Of a DNA stretch of 64,000 nucleotides, positions 26,171-40,398 are shown in pieces. This DNA comes from Octopus sinensis (taxonomy: Eukaryota), in the NCBI RefSeq assembly GCF_006345805.1, contig NC_043000.1, positions 110,422,001 to 110,486,000 of the forward strand. The letters run 5' to 3'. The translations under genes and the position numbers were made by a program. The notes beneath the pieces are model-generated. The model was given only the letters and a program-made list of their open reading frames with translations, was not told where the DNA came from and searched no databases. Within the stretch, counting starts at the first letter, position 1, and each line of letters opens with the position of its first letter.

Positions 26171-26337
26171 AAAGCTGAACGATTGAAACCGGTGTCTCCG
26201 TCGCTTTCAAGGTTTTAGAATTGAATGCGATGAGACGCCAGCGCGATCGAAGGTTTGTGTGATGCGTGGAGCCATATTTCCCGTTTCGGATGACGGTATT
26301 TCAAGAGTTAAAACACTTGGAAAAATAACTACCAATG

Positions 26338-26375
<38 letters not shown>

Positions 26376-26487
26376 TCGCCACCACCACCACCAACACCAC
26401 AACCACCACCGCCGTCGCACTCCGACATAATCTCTGACATACATACACACTCACACCTAATATCTTGCTGACACAACACACACACAA

Positions 26488-26538
<51 letters not shown>

Positions 26539-27286
26539 CACATACACACACACACACTCACGTACATACAACACATACACTCGCTTATACACACACACAC
26601 ACACACACACATTTCTCTCTCTCATATACACACGCAAAACGCATACAGATAATCTCACAGACACACATATATAAACCATTTGACACACGCATGTCCCCCT
26701 CCCCAAACAAACACGCATGCGCATATACGCATGCGTACTCACATGAACTCACATGTACTCACATGTATTCTGCTGTACTCTCCTATACACATATGCTCTC
26801 CATCACAAACACATGCATACACACATTCATTCTCTCTCACACACACACAGACACACAGAGAAAAGTACTCTTTAATACACACTTCCACTCTCTTCCTCTC
26901 TCTCTCTCATACACACACACACACACACACTTACTCCTTTCTCTCTCTCTCTCTTTCACACTCCCTCCCTCCCTTTCTCTCTCTCCTCTCTCTCCCACAC
27001 ACTCACTCACTCACTCCTTTTCTCTCTCACACATACACACGCACACACACACACACACACACACTCACACACACACACACTCACACACACTTACTCCTTT
27101 CTCTCTCTTTCACACTCCCTCCCTCCCTTTCTCTCTCTTCTCTCTCTCTCTCTTTCACACCCCTCCCTCCCTTTCTCTCTCTCCTCTCTCTCACACACAC
27201 ACTAACTGATGGCACCGTGACCTCTAGCTGAAAGCTAAGGTGATACTTTCATTTCATGTTTTCACAAGTATTTTGGGAAGTTTCCA

Positions 27287-27325
<39 letters not shown>

Positions 27326-29047
27326 GAAGGAGAGAGAGAGAAGGAGAGAGAGAGAGGGAGAGTGTGTGTGAGAGAGATGTGAGGAGGGTGGAGGTATAAG
27401 TCTGCCAAAACGTCGAAAGATTGAGGCTGGACCATCTTTTGGTATTAGTCATCGTTAAGTATTTGTATGGACTTCAGCAGAAACAGAGAAACCGACTCGT
27501 TAGCTGGTGGTGGTGTTGTGATAATAATGATGGTGATGATGATGATGATGATGATGATAGTGATGATGGTGTTGGTGGCAGTGGTGATGGTGTTGGTGGG
27601 GACTAGTGGTGATGATGACGGCAATGATTATGGTGGTGATGCTGACGATGATGTTTGTGGTGGTGGTGGTGGTGGTGGCGTTGGATAGAATTTTGGTGAT
27701 GGGGCGTTTTCTTTTTGTTTATCTTTCCGCCAAGAAGAAAGGGCATCGTCCTTGATCTGAAACAGGTGGGTAGGAACCGGGGAGAGAAGGAGGAACGAAA
27801 CCTTAACCTGAAGATCGTTCTTGTAAAAGAGTGGATTCTGTAAGAATCACCCAAGATGGTAAGTGGTGGTATTAAACCTAACCACAGATTAAATCTAATT
27901 ACGGCTGGATTTGAACTCAGAACGCAAAAAAGCCTCCACAGCTACTGCAATGCATTCTGTCCAATGCTTTATCGACTCAGCCAGTTCACTGTTTATGATT
28001 GGATCTTGATCTTTAGATCATCAACCTCAGAAAGAAAGAAGGAAAAAGAAGAAATTACTGTCTCGAGGCCTTGGTCTCATAGCCCCGGTTACCGTTCTCC
28101 ATAATGTGTAAGTGACTGGGAACAGACCACCCCTTCCCCTGAACAAGACGCTAATTTGTTTCGGGTTTATTCGTTGATAATCTAGTGAACCGGAGCAGCT
28201 TGAAATAAAGTTTTTGCTCAAGAACACAACTTACCGCTCAGTCTGGGAATTGAAACCACAATCTTGTAACCGTGAGCGTAAAACCCTAACCACTAGGACA
28301 TGAACATTCACCAACCTCAACCCAGAGTACCTTCGCCTACATACATACACACAAAGTGAGGAAATTCTTCCAGTTACTTCAAACCAAATTGGCCTATAGT
28401 AGAAAGAATTATTATTACTATTATTATTATTGTGTGGGGCCGTCAAAGTGACACTGGGGTACAAATATACGAAGCCCAGTATACCCATCATGACTTCCCA
28501 TCTGATATGGGTATACCAGGCACATGCATCACAACCATATATGCATGACATGGCGATCTAATATCAAGATAAACAGTGCATGACCTTGCAGGTGGGGGCC
28601 TAGTTAGAATTTTCCGCAGGTGGAGTAACCCATCCCGCTCAAAAGGTCTCTGAATAAGGATTGTTTAAGAACGTTGAACGAAACACCCATGTTTCCAAAG
28701 GTGAATCCTTTAAACCTCAAAGAATCCCTCTCAACACATGGCTATGATGCTTCCCAACTATTTCTGCTCATGATCAGAGATGCACATATCGTCAGCCACT
28801 AAGGGACATGTCCAACTGGTTAAGGTCAAACAACTGACAAGCAAATCTGTGGTATTGAGCCGAATATTTGCTGCAACCCATCTTTTATATCAAGATAAAA
28901 CAATGTACATGATAACACTTCCTATCAGTTAAGATCAGAAGCCACGAGAGCCACTGCCAGGTACTGCATCAGGGCTATTATCATATCATCATCATCATCA
29001 TCATCATCACCACCACCACCATCACCACCACCACCATCACCACCACC

Positions 29048-29148
<101 letters not shown>

Positions 29149-29236
29149 CATTCCTTCGTAACAGTGTCAGTATAAATGCACCGGAGTCTTTAGTCATCTG
29201 TCAAGTCACAACAAAGACCTAAGACAGATAATACTT

Positions 29237-29462
29237 TTCTTCTTCTTCTTTTTCTTCTTCTTCTTCTTCTTCTTCTTCTTCTTCTTCTTCTTCTTCTTCT
29301 TCTTCTTCTTCTTCTTCTTCATCTTGTTCTTCTTGTTCTTCTTGTTCTTCTTGTTCTTGTTCTTCTTGTTCTTCTTCTTCTTCTTCTTCTTCTTCTTCTT
29401 CTTCTTCTTCTTCTTCTTCTTCTTCTTCTTCTTCTTCTTCTTCTTCTTCTTCTTCTTCTTTT
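29237..29462. repeat. (TTC)n / (TTG)n-interrupted microsatellite
   Basis: Direct reading; source of the poly-K ORF; abuts the 3' end of the R4/Dong-like element. Confidence 0.95.
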
Positions 29463-30690
29463 TTATGGTGCTCTTATTTTTACTGTATTGAAAGTGTTTT
29501 ACGTAGGATGTGTGCAGTGCCCAATAGTGCAATTTTCTGTATGTTAATATATACTTGTAATACCTGGTGTTTTTGTTATGTATTGTAATACCTGGTGTTT
29601 TTGTTATGTATTTGTCTGAATATTGTTTTTATCACACCTATTATGATAGGAACTGTTTCTGTTTTTAGATTCCACATTCGAGTTACCTCTATTTCCAGAT
29701 CTTTGCATTTTGAAAGTTTCTCCATTTCTTTTAGAGACACGTTGTCATCTGCTGGTATTGATACTTCAATTAGAAAGCATTTTTTTCTTCATGATCTCCG
29801 ACAACTATATCCAGCCTATTGGCCTTAATTTCTCTATCTGTGTGTATTGGCATATCCCATAGTCGTGTTGTTTTCTCGTTTTCTGTGACCTTTTCTGGGG
29901 TGTACCTTTACCGTCTTTTGGTTGTTATTCCAAAGTGTTGGCATAGCTTCCAGTGTATGTAGGTCCCAACTCTGTCGTGTCTGTGAATATATTCCTTCTT
30001 AGCCAGGACTGGGCAGCCAGAGATAATATAATTTATTGTTTCTTGTTCATCTCCACATATTCTGCAGTTACTTGTTATATTTCTTTTCATTACATGTTTT
30101 TGGTAATTTCTGGTGGGAAGGCTTTGATCTTGTGCTGCAATTAAAAATCCTTCAGTCTCTGCTTTGAGTCCCGAGCTTCTTAACCATTGTTAGGGTTTTG
30201 CTTTATCTATTTCTTTTCTGCTAGCTCAACCCAATATTTGCCACGAAGGGGCTTTTCTTGCCATCGCTTTATCATGATCCCTTCCAGTTTTAGTTTGGAT
30301 TTCAGTTGCTTTACAGCTTTTTTTTTGTTTCTTCTTTTTCTTTATAGTTGTTAGATACTATGGCTTCTTTTTTGTATTTGTCAGCTTCCTCAAAGACAGA
30401 AAGCAATTTTTTGTTTTGTTCGTGTTTTGTGGCTATTTGTATTAGTTTTCCTTACTTATAAAGTAGGTATTTCTGTAGTCCTACGGTGGTTATTTCATAA
30501 CAGTATTCTAGCTGTATAAGGTCTCTACCACATTCGATACATTGTATATATACAGCCTTTCTATGTCAGATTTTGGGTGGTGCATCCAAAATCCTGTCAT
30601 TATTATTTTTTTTTGTTTTCCTGTCTATTTTGATTAGTTCATTTTGAGTCCAGTTGAGAATATAGTAGCTGTATTATCATCCTAACAGGC
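29463..30690 (-). mobile_element. R4/Dong-like RLE-type non-LTR retrotransposon, 3' part
   Basis: IDRKT, HHPKSDIERL, ETEGFLIAAQDQ, the CCHC knuckle CRICGDEQETINYIISGCPVL..YIHRHD, the REL endonuclease NRLDIVV...IEVSIPAD...K and the terminal LGTAHILRKTL are all present, with frameshifts. Confidence 0.88.
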
Positions 30691-30702
30691 CAAGCTTAAT
30701 AA

Positions 30703-30777
<75 letters not shown>

Positions 30778-30966
30778 AAGTTTGATAAAAGAATAAGTTT
30801 TGCGACGAAAAATTAAGAGATAATGGCATGAAATTCTGTAGGTTTTATGTGCAGCAAAAGTGAATGACTGTTGAGATTTACTAAAGAAAAACTCACACGA
30901 GTCGGGCTTGGCGAGAAGAAAAATAACTGAATGCAAAACAGACATGCGTACGTATTTACACACACA

Positions 30967-31974
30967 CACGGGGCTGGGACAAAATTATAGCAACACCTTG
31001 TGAAATAGAAATCTATTATTATTAACAGAGTCGATCCAATTTTGTTATTAATGATAACTTTAACACGTTGAGGAATTTTAAACTGTTTTTAGGGTAATTT
31101 TGTGCCATTAAACTAGCTTTTCTTGCAACGATGGCAGAAGAAAGCAGTTCTTCACTTGTTGCTCCGAAATGCACCATAAATGTTCGATTATATTGAGATC
31201 TGGTAATTGTGGGGTCGAGTCCACGCTGACTCCTTTACCTTTGTACTCTTGGTACCAGTTTTAACATTAGCGTGTGAATTGGTGCATTTCCATCCGAGGA
31301 GATTGCGCTACCATCAAGTAACAATGTTTGCGCCATAAAATGGTTATGATCAGCCAAAATACTCAGATAATTCTTGGCTTTAATTCTGCCATGGAAAACA
31401 ACTAAAGGACCAAAAGAATTTATGTGATATGGATAAGGGCCAAACAGTCAGTTTCTATGGGATGTTTCCAAACGTAAATTCGCCTCGAAGTAGGGAAAGA
31501 GTGAATGATGATTCTTTAGAGATGACATTGTTCTAATAAAGCCATTGATCATTTCTGAAAGTTTAGACATAATTTTTTCTGGTTTTTAATGTTTACAGGG
31601 AACAGAAGAGCTTCAGCAATCGGAACCATCTCGCAGTATCCTGTTGTTTGAATCTCAGCACGAAAAGTTTTAGTTAATTCAGGATTGGCAGGGAGATAGC
31701 TTTGCCCTGCTCTCACGTTTGCTGCCTTCGATGTTTCTTTTCTCTTTTTTTTTATAGACACAATGCGTTTCACTATTCTGTGGCCTCTCTTTGCTTTCCA
31801 TTCCAGAATCATGCTTGCCAGAGTTGGACTTTGAACTTGGTTTTGGAATGCCAACAAGATTTTAGAAACTGTAACTCTCATAACATTAGACAATTCAGCA
31901 GTTTTGCTGAGTGAATCTTCAACCATTCTCTCTTCAATGATTTGTCCGCTTTGCAAATCAGATAGGTCGTGCAT
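30967..31974 (-). pseudogene. Decayed Tc1-like DD34E transposase with one surviving terminal region
   Basis: MHDLSDLQSGQI..SKTAEL..RVTVSK (paired-like HTH), SKESSF, DGNAPIH and PDLNIIEHLW, with several stops and frameshifts. A putative TIR cacggggctgggacaaaattatagcaacac starts at 30967. Confidence 0.85.
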
Positions 31975-32025
31975 TTTAACTTGTTTAAATAAAAATGTCT
32001 GGTGAGCAAGAAAAATAAACACACA

Positions 32026-32093
<68 letters not shown>

Positions 32094-33031
32094 ACGCGCA
32101 CATGGCTGGCATACATAATGCATAGAAACACATCTGTGCAAACTAGAACAGTTTTGAATTTGTCATATTGCCAATAGAAACAACTGTTAAATAAAAAGCG
32201 GTGCTTCCATCATTTCGTCCAATCCGTGACGATATTTCATTGTTAATCTTTCACTTGCTCCAGTCATTGGACAGCAGCCACACTGGGGAATCACCTTGAT
32301 GGGTTTACTAAATAAAATCAGCCTTAGTACTTTCTTTTTAAGATTAGTACTTATTCTATCGGTCTGTTTTGCTTACGGAGGCATAAACAAACCAACAATC
32401 CCCTACTATATTTTACAAAACTTTGCAAATTTACCCTAATTGCTATCAACAAACAACTGATTAAAACCACCGGTATTCTTATTCCATGAGAAATTCTTTG
32501 AGCTAACTGCACGGCCCCTATCATTAGAAATATTTAAAAGTAACATTATCCTTATTCCTTCTGGACCCACAAAACCATGGTCCGAATATCCTGACCGCTG
32601 GGCCATATATTTTCTCTAATCCAGTTATACAAAACCGTTTTTATTTCATTTTGTTAATTTTTTTTATCAATGTTCGTCTAATCATCACGAACGGTTAAAT
32701 ATAACACCACACCCTCAACTATAAGACTGGATTGGAGGTGAAATAACTTGGATAAAAAAATAATAGCAAAGACTTCGTGGAATTTAGAAAATGTAGTTGA
32801 TGGGCTGCGGTTTCATTTATCTCGATTTAATATCGTATTTAGTTTTAGCTGTCAAATCTCAGATTTATTAAGTTAAAAAAAACAAACAAAAAAAACAACA
32901 ACCTTTTAAAAGTACAGCGTCTTAACTGTTAGTTGCATACTGTTTGCATGTCTCGTTGCCTGGGGTTTTCCTGGTCAGAAGTTTGAGGAATGTGACGAGA
33001 GAGAGAGAGTGGGAGGGAGAGAGAGAGGGGG

Positions 33032-33101
<70 letters not shown>

Positions 33102-33366
33102 AAGAGGAAGTAGCCGCCGTTGGATTTGAGGTGTTTGAAAAGGAATAAGAAAATAAGAAGTGAAGCGAAAAGGCTCCATGGAAACGGACAAAGGAAGTGG
33201 GGAACATCCGCCCCCCCACCCACCGCACGAAAGAACGTAGGTGGAATGTATACCCTCGTGTATACATATGTATATGTGTGTGTGTGTGTGTCAAAGTACA
33301 TACATATATATATATGTATATATATATATATATGTATGGACGGATGTATATGTGTGGGTTGTGTGA

Positions 33367-33398
<32 letters not shown>

Positions 33399-33529
33399 GC
33401 ACACACTGACATAAGCACACACACATATATATACATCCACCCGTCCAGTCATCCATCTATCCAACCATATCTGTGCGTGTGTGTATTGAATGGATAGATT
33501 AAATGTGTGTGTATGTTGACAGTAGAAGG

Positions 33530-33568
<39 letters not shown>

Positions 33569-34449
33569 GGAGAGCGTGGGGGGAAAAGAGAAAGAAAGAA
33601 GGAAAGAACGAAATCGGGTGGATGGGTGGAGAGAGCGTAAGGCGGGTAAGAACTCGGAAATATCTTGAAATAATGAAATATAAGGAAGAAGGAAAAGAAA
33701 TGGTGGAGGCGGACGGAGGGGGGAGGGGGGGAGAAGGTGAGTGTAAGAAGCACGGGGAGGGGGAGTTGGAGGACAGGAATGGAAGAAAAACGGGAAGGAT
33801 AAGGGAGTTGGGTGACGTGGGGGTTGGGTGTGGTGGTGGGGAAGATTAACAAAAGAAACTGTAATTTATTTTTGATTAAAGGAAAAAAAGAACAAACACG
33901 AAATGAGAAACAAATTAATTAGAGGCGAAGGAAGAGGAGGGAGAGGAAGAGGATGGGAGGAGGCGGTGGGAGGAGGTGGTGGTAGAAGGTGGTGGGAGGA
34001 AGATGAAAAGATATGGGGGTTGGGGATGTAGGTGTGGTGGAAAGAAGAGAAACACATTGTTGCTTCCACCTTGTGTAGGAAGTGATGGCCGTGGTGGAGA
34101 GGCGGAGATGCCTTGGGGGTTGAGAGTGCGATGCAGTGGAGGGGTGGCACATTGTATGACTTCCTTCATCTGTAATTAATTTGAATTGAACGGCGCAAGG
34201 TTTGAACGTAAAATTGCCGAGACGTGAGTGAGTGTGTAATTCTTTTATCCTTTACTTGTTTCTGTCGAAACTGCGGCCATGCTGGGGCACCACCTTTGAA
34301 GGGTTTTAGCGTGGAGAGGTGAGGCTTTCATAGATGGGCAACTGTCAGTTTTCCTCAGAAAATCTTGACCTGGCTGCTCAGAAATGTTCACATACATGGT
34401 CAGCCTTGACCGACAGTGGCCCCTTTAGAATGCTCACATAATAACATTA

Positions 34450-34664
34450 TTTCTTTCCTACTCTGGGCACAAGGCCCGAAATTTTTGGGGAGGGGGCCAG
34501 TCGATTATATCGACCCCAGTGCGTAACTGGTACTTATTTAATCGACCCCCAAAGGATGAAAGGCAAAGTCGACCTCGGCGGAATTTGAACTCAGAACGTA
34601 GCAGCAGACGAAATACCGCTAAGCCTTTCGCCAAGCGTGCTAACGTTTCTGCCAGCTCGCCTCC
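34450..34664 (-). mobile_element. SINE-A copy
   Basis: Reverse complement of the family A head and central domain. Confidence 0.85.
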
Positions 34665-34849
34665 TTAATAACAGATTATTTCTAATGTAGCTATGATCCC
34701 TTGTATTTGGAGATTATACCTTCATACCTTTCGTGCCTTTTTAACAGTAATGAGTTGTTTATTTATTTCTCTTAGGTTCTGAACCTGAAGAACAAGACTA
34801 TGGCAATAACCTATGGAGGTCAGAGGGACAGTGTTGTGAATGATCCGTT

Positions 34850-35280
34850 GGAATTGTTGTAACGTGACCCCAGCATGAAAAACACGATTCCAGGGGAAGA
34901 GAGCTCTGAGAATGAAATAATTGGGTGTAGTGGTTAGTGCAGGTCCGAGTGGGGACTAGACACAACAAAAATGACAAAAGGATGAGAAACGAAACGGCGG
35001 GGAGAGTCTGAAAGCTGGAAATACAGGATGATCAAACTGTAAAGAACAGAGACCGTTATAGTAGCAGTGGAAAAGGCAGAGAGCGGATACAACCACGATT
35101 GTGAGCCGGTGACTGGAGCGTGTCTGGGAGTGATTTTATAATACCAGTCAATGGAGTGGCCCTTATCTGGCAGTGGCTCATGATATCAGTGTGTGTGGTA
35201 ACGCCATCGTGTCAGATGTGGTCGTAGTAATCCATTGCGGGCCTCACTTGAGGTTTGCACAGTCATTTACTCAAGGCAAT
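34850..35280 (-). pseudogene. Possible highly degraded CR1-like endonuclease/linker fragment (related piece at ~38900-39090)
   Basis: STATITVSVLY-like and LFPW-like stretches; weak similarity only. Confidence 0.3.
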
Positions 35281-35735
35281 ATATATGCTGACAGTTGTGG
35301 TATGGTCGGAGGCGTGGCTGCGTGGTAAGGGGGTTTGCTTCCAAATCACATGGTTCTGGGTCCAGTCCCACCGTGTGGTACCTTGAGCAATTGTGTCTTG
35401 TTCTATAGCCTCAGACCAACCAAAACCTTGTAAGTGGATTTTCTAGACGGAAATTGGAACAAGCCCGCTGTATATGTATGTGTATATACACATACATACA
35501 TATATATATATATATGTATGTATGTAGTATGTATGTATGTATGTATGTATGTATGTATGTGTGGATGGATTTCTTTTACTTGTTTCAGTCGTTTGACTGC
35601 GGCCATGCTGGAGCACCCCAGAACTTATTCTTTGTAAGCTTAGTACTAATTCTATAGTGGATTTGAAAAATTACAATATATAAAGATGAGACATGAGCTA
35701 TTTTACCTCATAATTATATGTTAATCTTTGGCGTC

Positions 35736-35803
35736 CCCACTGATGAAAACTTCGCCTAGCAAATTATTTTTTTGCTAATTAAAGTTCGAAACCATGGTCC
35801 GGT
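35736..35803 (+). ncRNA. Type I hammerhead motif with two-tier helix II, partly degenerate
   Basis: ccca CTGATGA aaactt cgcc tagcaaa-ttatttt-tttgcta att a aagttc GAAAC catg GTC cgg, with helix III palindrome ACCATGGT. Confidence 0.6.
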
Positions 35804-36183
35804 AACAAAATATGGTAAATGTTTTTATTTTTCATTCCCTTCGAAATTACCCCTAACCGTGGTTTGGATTTTGACTGGTCCTTCTAGCCTGTTAGGTGTC
35901 CTGTCATGGTACCTGTTATATGTTTAAATGTACACTAATTTTATATTAATAATATATAGTCTATTGACTATTTTTTGCATGCTAGGCCACTGGTAGATAA
36001 ATTTCTATAATTTTCCTACCCTGTATATTTTCATATATATTATATATATATAATTATATATATATATTATAATATATTATATATATATATATATATATAT
36101 AATACTATATTTGTTCCACGTCCTCGCGTTGTTGTGTTTTCTCTGTGTTTTCATGTTGGATTAACTTTACACACACACACACA

Positions 36184-36216
<33 letters not shown>

Positions 36217-36218
36217 AT

Positions 36219-36460
36219 GGAGGCGCGTGGTTTAGTGGTTAGGGTGTCAGCATCATGATTGTAAGATTGTGGTTTCGATTCCTGGACCGGGCGACGCGTT
36301 GTGTTCTTGAGCAAAACACTTAATTTCACGTTGCTCCACTCCACTCAGCTGGAAAAATGAGTAACGCTGCGATGGACTGGCGTCCCGTCCGGCTGGGGAA
36401 CACATACGCCATAGAAACCGGGAAACCAGGCCCATGAGCCTTGCTAGGGTTTAAAGGGCG
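36219..36460 (+). mobile_element. tRNA-derived SINE family C (V-SINE-like body)
   Basis: Head ggaggcgcgtggtttagtggttagg...ggtttcgattcc, then gttcttgagcaaaacactt and gcgatggactggcgtcccgtcc. Relatives lie at ~57790 and ~58140. Confidence 0.75.
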
Positions 36461-36498
36461 CAAAAGAAAAAAAAAAGATATATATATATATATATATA

Positions 36499-38152
36499 TC
36501 TCTTATTATAAAAGGAAGATTTTATCTGCCTCCCTTTGGGAGTTATACAAATCTACAATATAGGATTTCTTCAATTACAATTTACCTAGCATTTTTAAGA
36601 GTACAATGCATCGCGTCATGCCAGGTCCAGTTTTAAAAATTTAAACTCCAATTAAGCAAAATTTACAGAAAACTCACATTCTGGTGTGTGTGTCAAATGC
36701 TTTTCTTAGTCTGGTTTACACCACACGAAAAACCACACACACACAAAGGGAGCGAATTGTTTCACTGACGCTATCACCCTTCTCCTCCTTTGTCTTTGCA
36801 AGTGGCAGCTATTAAAGTGAAAACAGTGAATCCGACAGCGATTAAGAACACGAATTAGCACCTGAATGGAGTGAAAATTTAAAAAAACGTTTCTTTCGGT
36901 GATTTTTCTGAAGAGAAACTGCACCAAGCCACAGACTTTCCCAGAAGAATAAAGCCTTAGATATTTCTATTTACTTTTTCGAATGAGCCCATTTAAAATC
37001 ATTACGGCAGAAAGAAACGAACGTTACGCTAAACGTAAACAAAACGAAAGAAACGATAGTTGTTATTTCCCACAACCTTAAATGAAATTAAGGCTATTTT
37101 GCCATAAATATTATTATGGGTATCAGAAAGTTACCCAGAATAACAAATTCTATCGTAAAATTTTGTTGTATACCCAATTGAATATTAGCTAATAACCATT
37201 TTCTATAGCGATGTTTGAACAAAATTTTAATAATTTTACAGAAAGTTACCCAGAATAACAAATTCTATCGTAAAATTTTGTTGTATACCAATTGAAAATT
37301 AGCTAATAACCCATTTTCTATAGCGATGTTTGAACAAAATTTTAATAATTTTACAGAAAGTTACCCAGAATAACAAATTCTATCGTAAAATTTTGTTGTA
37401 TACCCAATTGAAAATTAGCTAATACCCATTTTCTATAGCGATGTTTGAACAAAATTTTAATATTTTACAGAAAGTTACCCAGAATAACAAATTCTATCGT
37501 AAATTTTTGTTGTATACCCAATTGAATATTAGCTAAAACCCATTTTCTATAGCGATGTTTGAACAAAATTTTAATAATTTTACAGAAAGTGCCCAGAATA
37601 ACAAATTCTATCGTAAAATTTTGTTGTATACCCAATTGAATATTAGCTAATAACCCATTTTCTATAGCGAATGTTTGAACAAAATGTTAATAATTTTACA
37701 GAAAGTTACCCAGAATAACAATTCTATCGTAAAATTTTTGTTGTATACCCAATTGAATATTAGCTAATAACCCATTTTCTATAGCGATGTTTGAACAAAA
37801 TTTTAATAATTTTATATATTGTTGAATTTACCTGTATCTACCTGCAATTAGAGTCACTTTGTGACAAAAATTATAGTATAGAATTGGTTGAGGACATTTC
37901 ATTAAATTATCTTCCAAAAATCACATTAGTATATTGATAAATAAAAAAGTTATAGTTGTTTAATGAAACCAGACTAAATTTATGATTACGTTAGAAACAC
38001 ATAAGGGGTGTATTTTGGTCAGAAATATAGTAACGAAAGGATTAAGAAAAACCAAAAAATATTTTATTCTTTATAAATGTTGTATTCAAAATAATATTTT
38101 CTTTAAGAATGTGTATATAACAAAGTATGTGTAGTAAACTACGTGGCTTATA
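36499..38152 (+). mobile_element. Helitron-like element family B, 5' end plus internal tandem array, with no 3' CTAG of its own
   Basis: Starts A|TC tcttattataaaagg; the first ~235 bp recur at 63359-63595; it contains the 115-bp array. Confidence 0.55.
37124..37813. repeat. Six tandem ~115-bp units (minisatellite)
   Basis: cagaaagttacccagaataacaaattctatcg... starts at 37124, 37239, 37354, 37468, 37583 and 37699. Confidence 0.95.
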
Positions 38153-38549
38153 TCTTTATATATAAGAGTGAAGTTGTGTGTCTGTCTCCTACGATTTAGA
38201 TTCCTAACTACTCCCACATTTTGCGGTGCAGTGTAACCAAAACCGGGTATCTTATAGTCGTGATTCATACCGAGCCCTTCTGGGTATTAGCGCGCGTCTA
38301 CGATGAGTCTACGATTTAAAAAAATTTACCATCATATTTTTCCATTTTAATGCATTTTTTCGCTATTATATAAGGGAAGTAACTCTCTAAAAATATCTAC
38401 GATGTGTCAACGATTTAAAAAGAAATTTACCTTAATTTTTTTTTCCATTTTTCATGCATTTTTTTCCTATTTTTTTGCTATAACTCTCTAAAAATGCTTA
38501 TATAGTTATTTCCCTTACAAACCCGAGCAACGCCGGGCGATACTGCTAG
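38153..38549 (+). mobile_element. Non-autonomous Helitron family A
   Basis: A|TCtttatatataagag ... hairpin cccgagcaacgccggg ... CTAG|T; a second copy lies at 61507-61899(-). Confidence 0.85.
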
Positions 38550-38583
<34 letters not shown>

Positions 38584-40179
38584 CACACACACATGTGTGC
38601 ATGCGTGTGTTTGTGCGTGTGTGTGTATGTGCGCGCGCGTGTCTTTGTGTTTGTGTTTGTCGTCTAGAACCACTTGACAACCGGTGTTGGTGTGTTTACG
38701 TTTACGTAATTTAGTTGTTCGGCAAAAGATGCCGATAGAATAAGTACGAGGCCTTAAGAAAGTAAGTATTGGGGTCGATTCGTTCGAGTAAAATGCTTCA
38801 AGGCGGTGCTCCAGCATGGCCGCAATCTAATGACGGAAACAAGTAAAAGATAACCGATAATATGTTCTAGAAGAGGAGGAGGAGGAGGAGGGGCGAATGG
38901 TTTAGGAACGTGTCTGTATGGAAGACATACAAGACAGAGAGTATTATAGTAGTGGCAGAAAAGACAGGGAGAGGAGACAACATGGCTGCGGGTTGGAGTC
39001 TAGAGCGAGTCCCTTGTCGGGCGCGGCTTACGTTCTTTGGATGCAATGCGTTGTAGATGTGAATGGAATTATAAACAGAAGACAAGAAGGCATGGAAGAG
39101 AGTATTTCAAGAGAAAAGAATGAAATGTAATTCGTAAATGGAACAACTTGTGAATGTCAGGGAAGAAAACAAGAGAAAAAACAATTGTCGAAGAACAACA
39201 ACAGGCGATAAAATGATTAGCTTTTAATAACAGATGAAAGACACGGAGAAAGGGGAGAAAGAGAGAGAGAGAAAGAGAGAGAGAGAAAGAGAGAGAGAGA
39301 AAGAGATTGAGAGAGAGAGAGATAGAAAACAGAAAAACAAAGAGAGAGGGAGAGAGACAGGAGGGAGGAAGAGGCGGAATAGGATGAATCGAAACAGGGA
39401 GAACTGTGGGAAAGAAGATTCACTAATTCTCCTTCCTGGTGTGACGGCGGAGGGGAAGGCACGTTTTTTAAAAAAAAAACTTTCTTTCTTTTTTTTTTTG
39501 TTTTCCTTTTTTATTCTCTCTTATGCTTTTTTTAATTTTATTTTTAAGACTGAATTTCCGCTCTTTATTGTTTAGCAGTGATAGGAATGTCAATAGGATT
39601 GTGAAAACGCAAGAGAGAAGAGAGAGAGAAAGCAACATTCATACGTTGTTAAAATCACCCAAAGCTGTTATCTCTCCGAACGATTATTTATTTATTTGTC
39701 TTACGTGTTATTTTGTTTTATTTTAAACTTTATTTTCAATATATGCTTCTTTTTTTTCTTTTCTTCCATTTAGTTTCCACTGTTATGAAACAAAACAACA
39801 AGAAAAAAAACCCTCCAGTAAAATATTGCGAATACAAAAGGTTTGCGCTAAAATCTCTGTTAGCCATTGTTACAACCGGAAGTTATACTTGATTCAATAA
39901 CACAATTATGTCGGCAGGATAGGAATTTCGGACTTTTCAAAATACTCGTCTACAAAATGACACAGCCGCACCTCCCCACCGTCTACACCATTTATTTCGC
40001 TTTGTTTCATTGTTTGTTGTTGCTGTTTCGGTGTCTTATTTGTGTATTTGTTTGTTTATTGTTCACTCGTAAACAGGAAAAACCCATCGAAAGAAGAACA
40101 TCTTCTAGTTTTATCTTTTTGTCGTTTTCGAATTTTTATTTTTCACATGAACAAGTTGATTATTCACAGCCAAAACACA

Positions 40180-40237
<58 letters not shown>

Positions 40238-40363
40238 GAACTCTCATGTATGTGTATGTATAGTTACATATAGTCAAATAGCTGCACATATTCTCTCTCT
40301 CTTTCTCTCTTTCTCACTCTCTCCCCCTCCGTCTGTCTGTCTGTCTGTCTCTGTCTGTCTGTC

Positions 40364-40398
<35 letters not shown>

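Noticed and set aside
37124-37813. CRISPR-like array
   Set aside because: Units are fully repeated with no unique spacers, in a eukaryotic context; it is a minisatellite.
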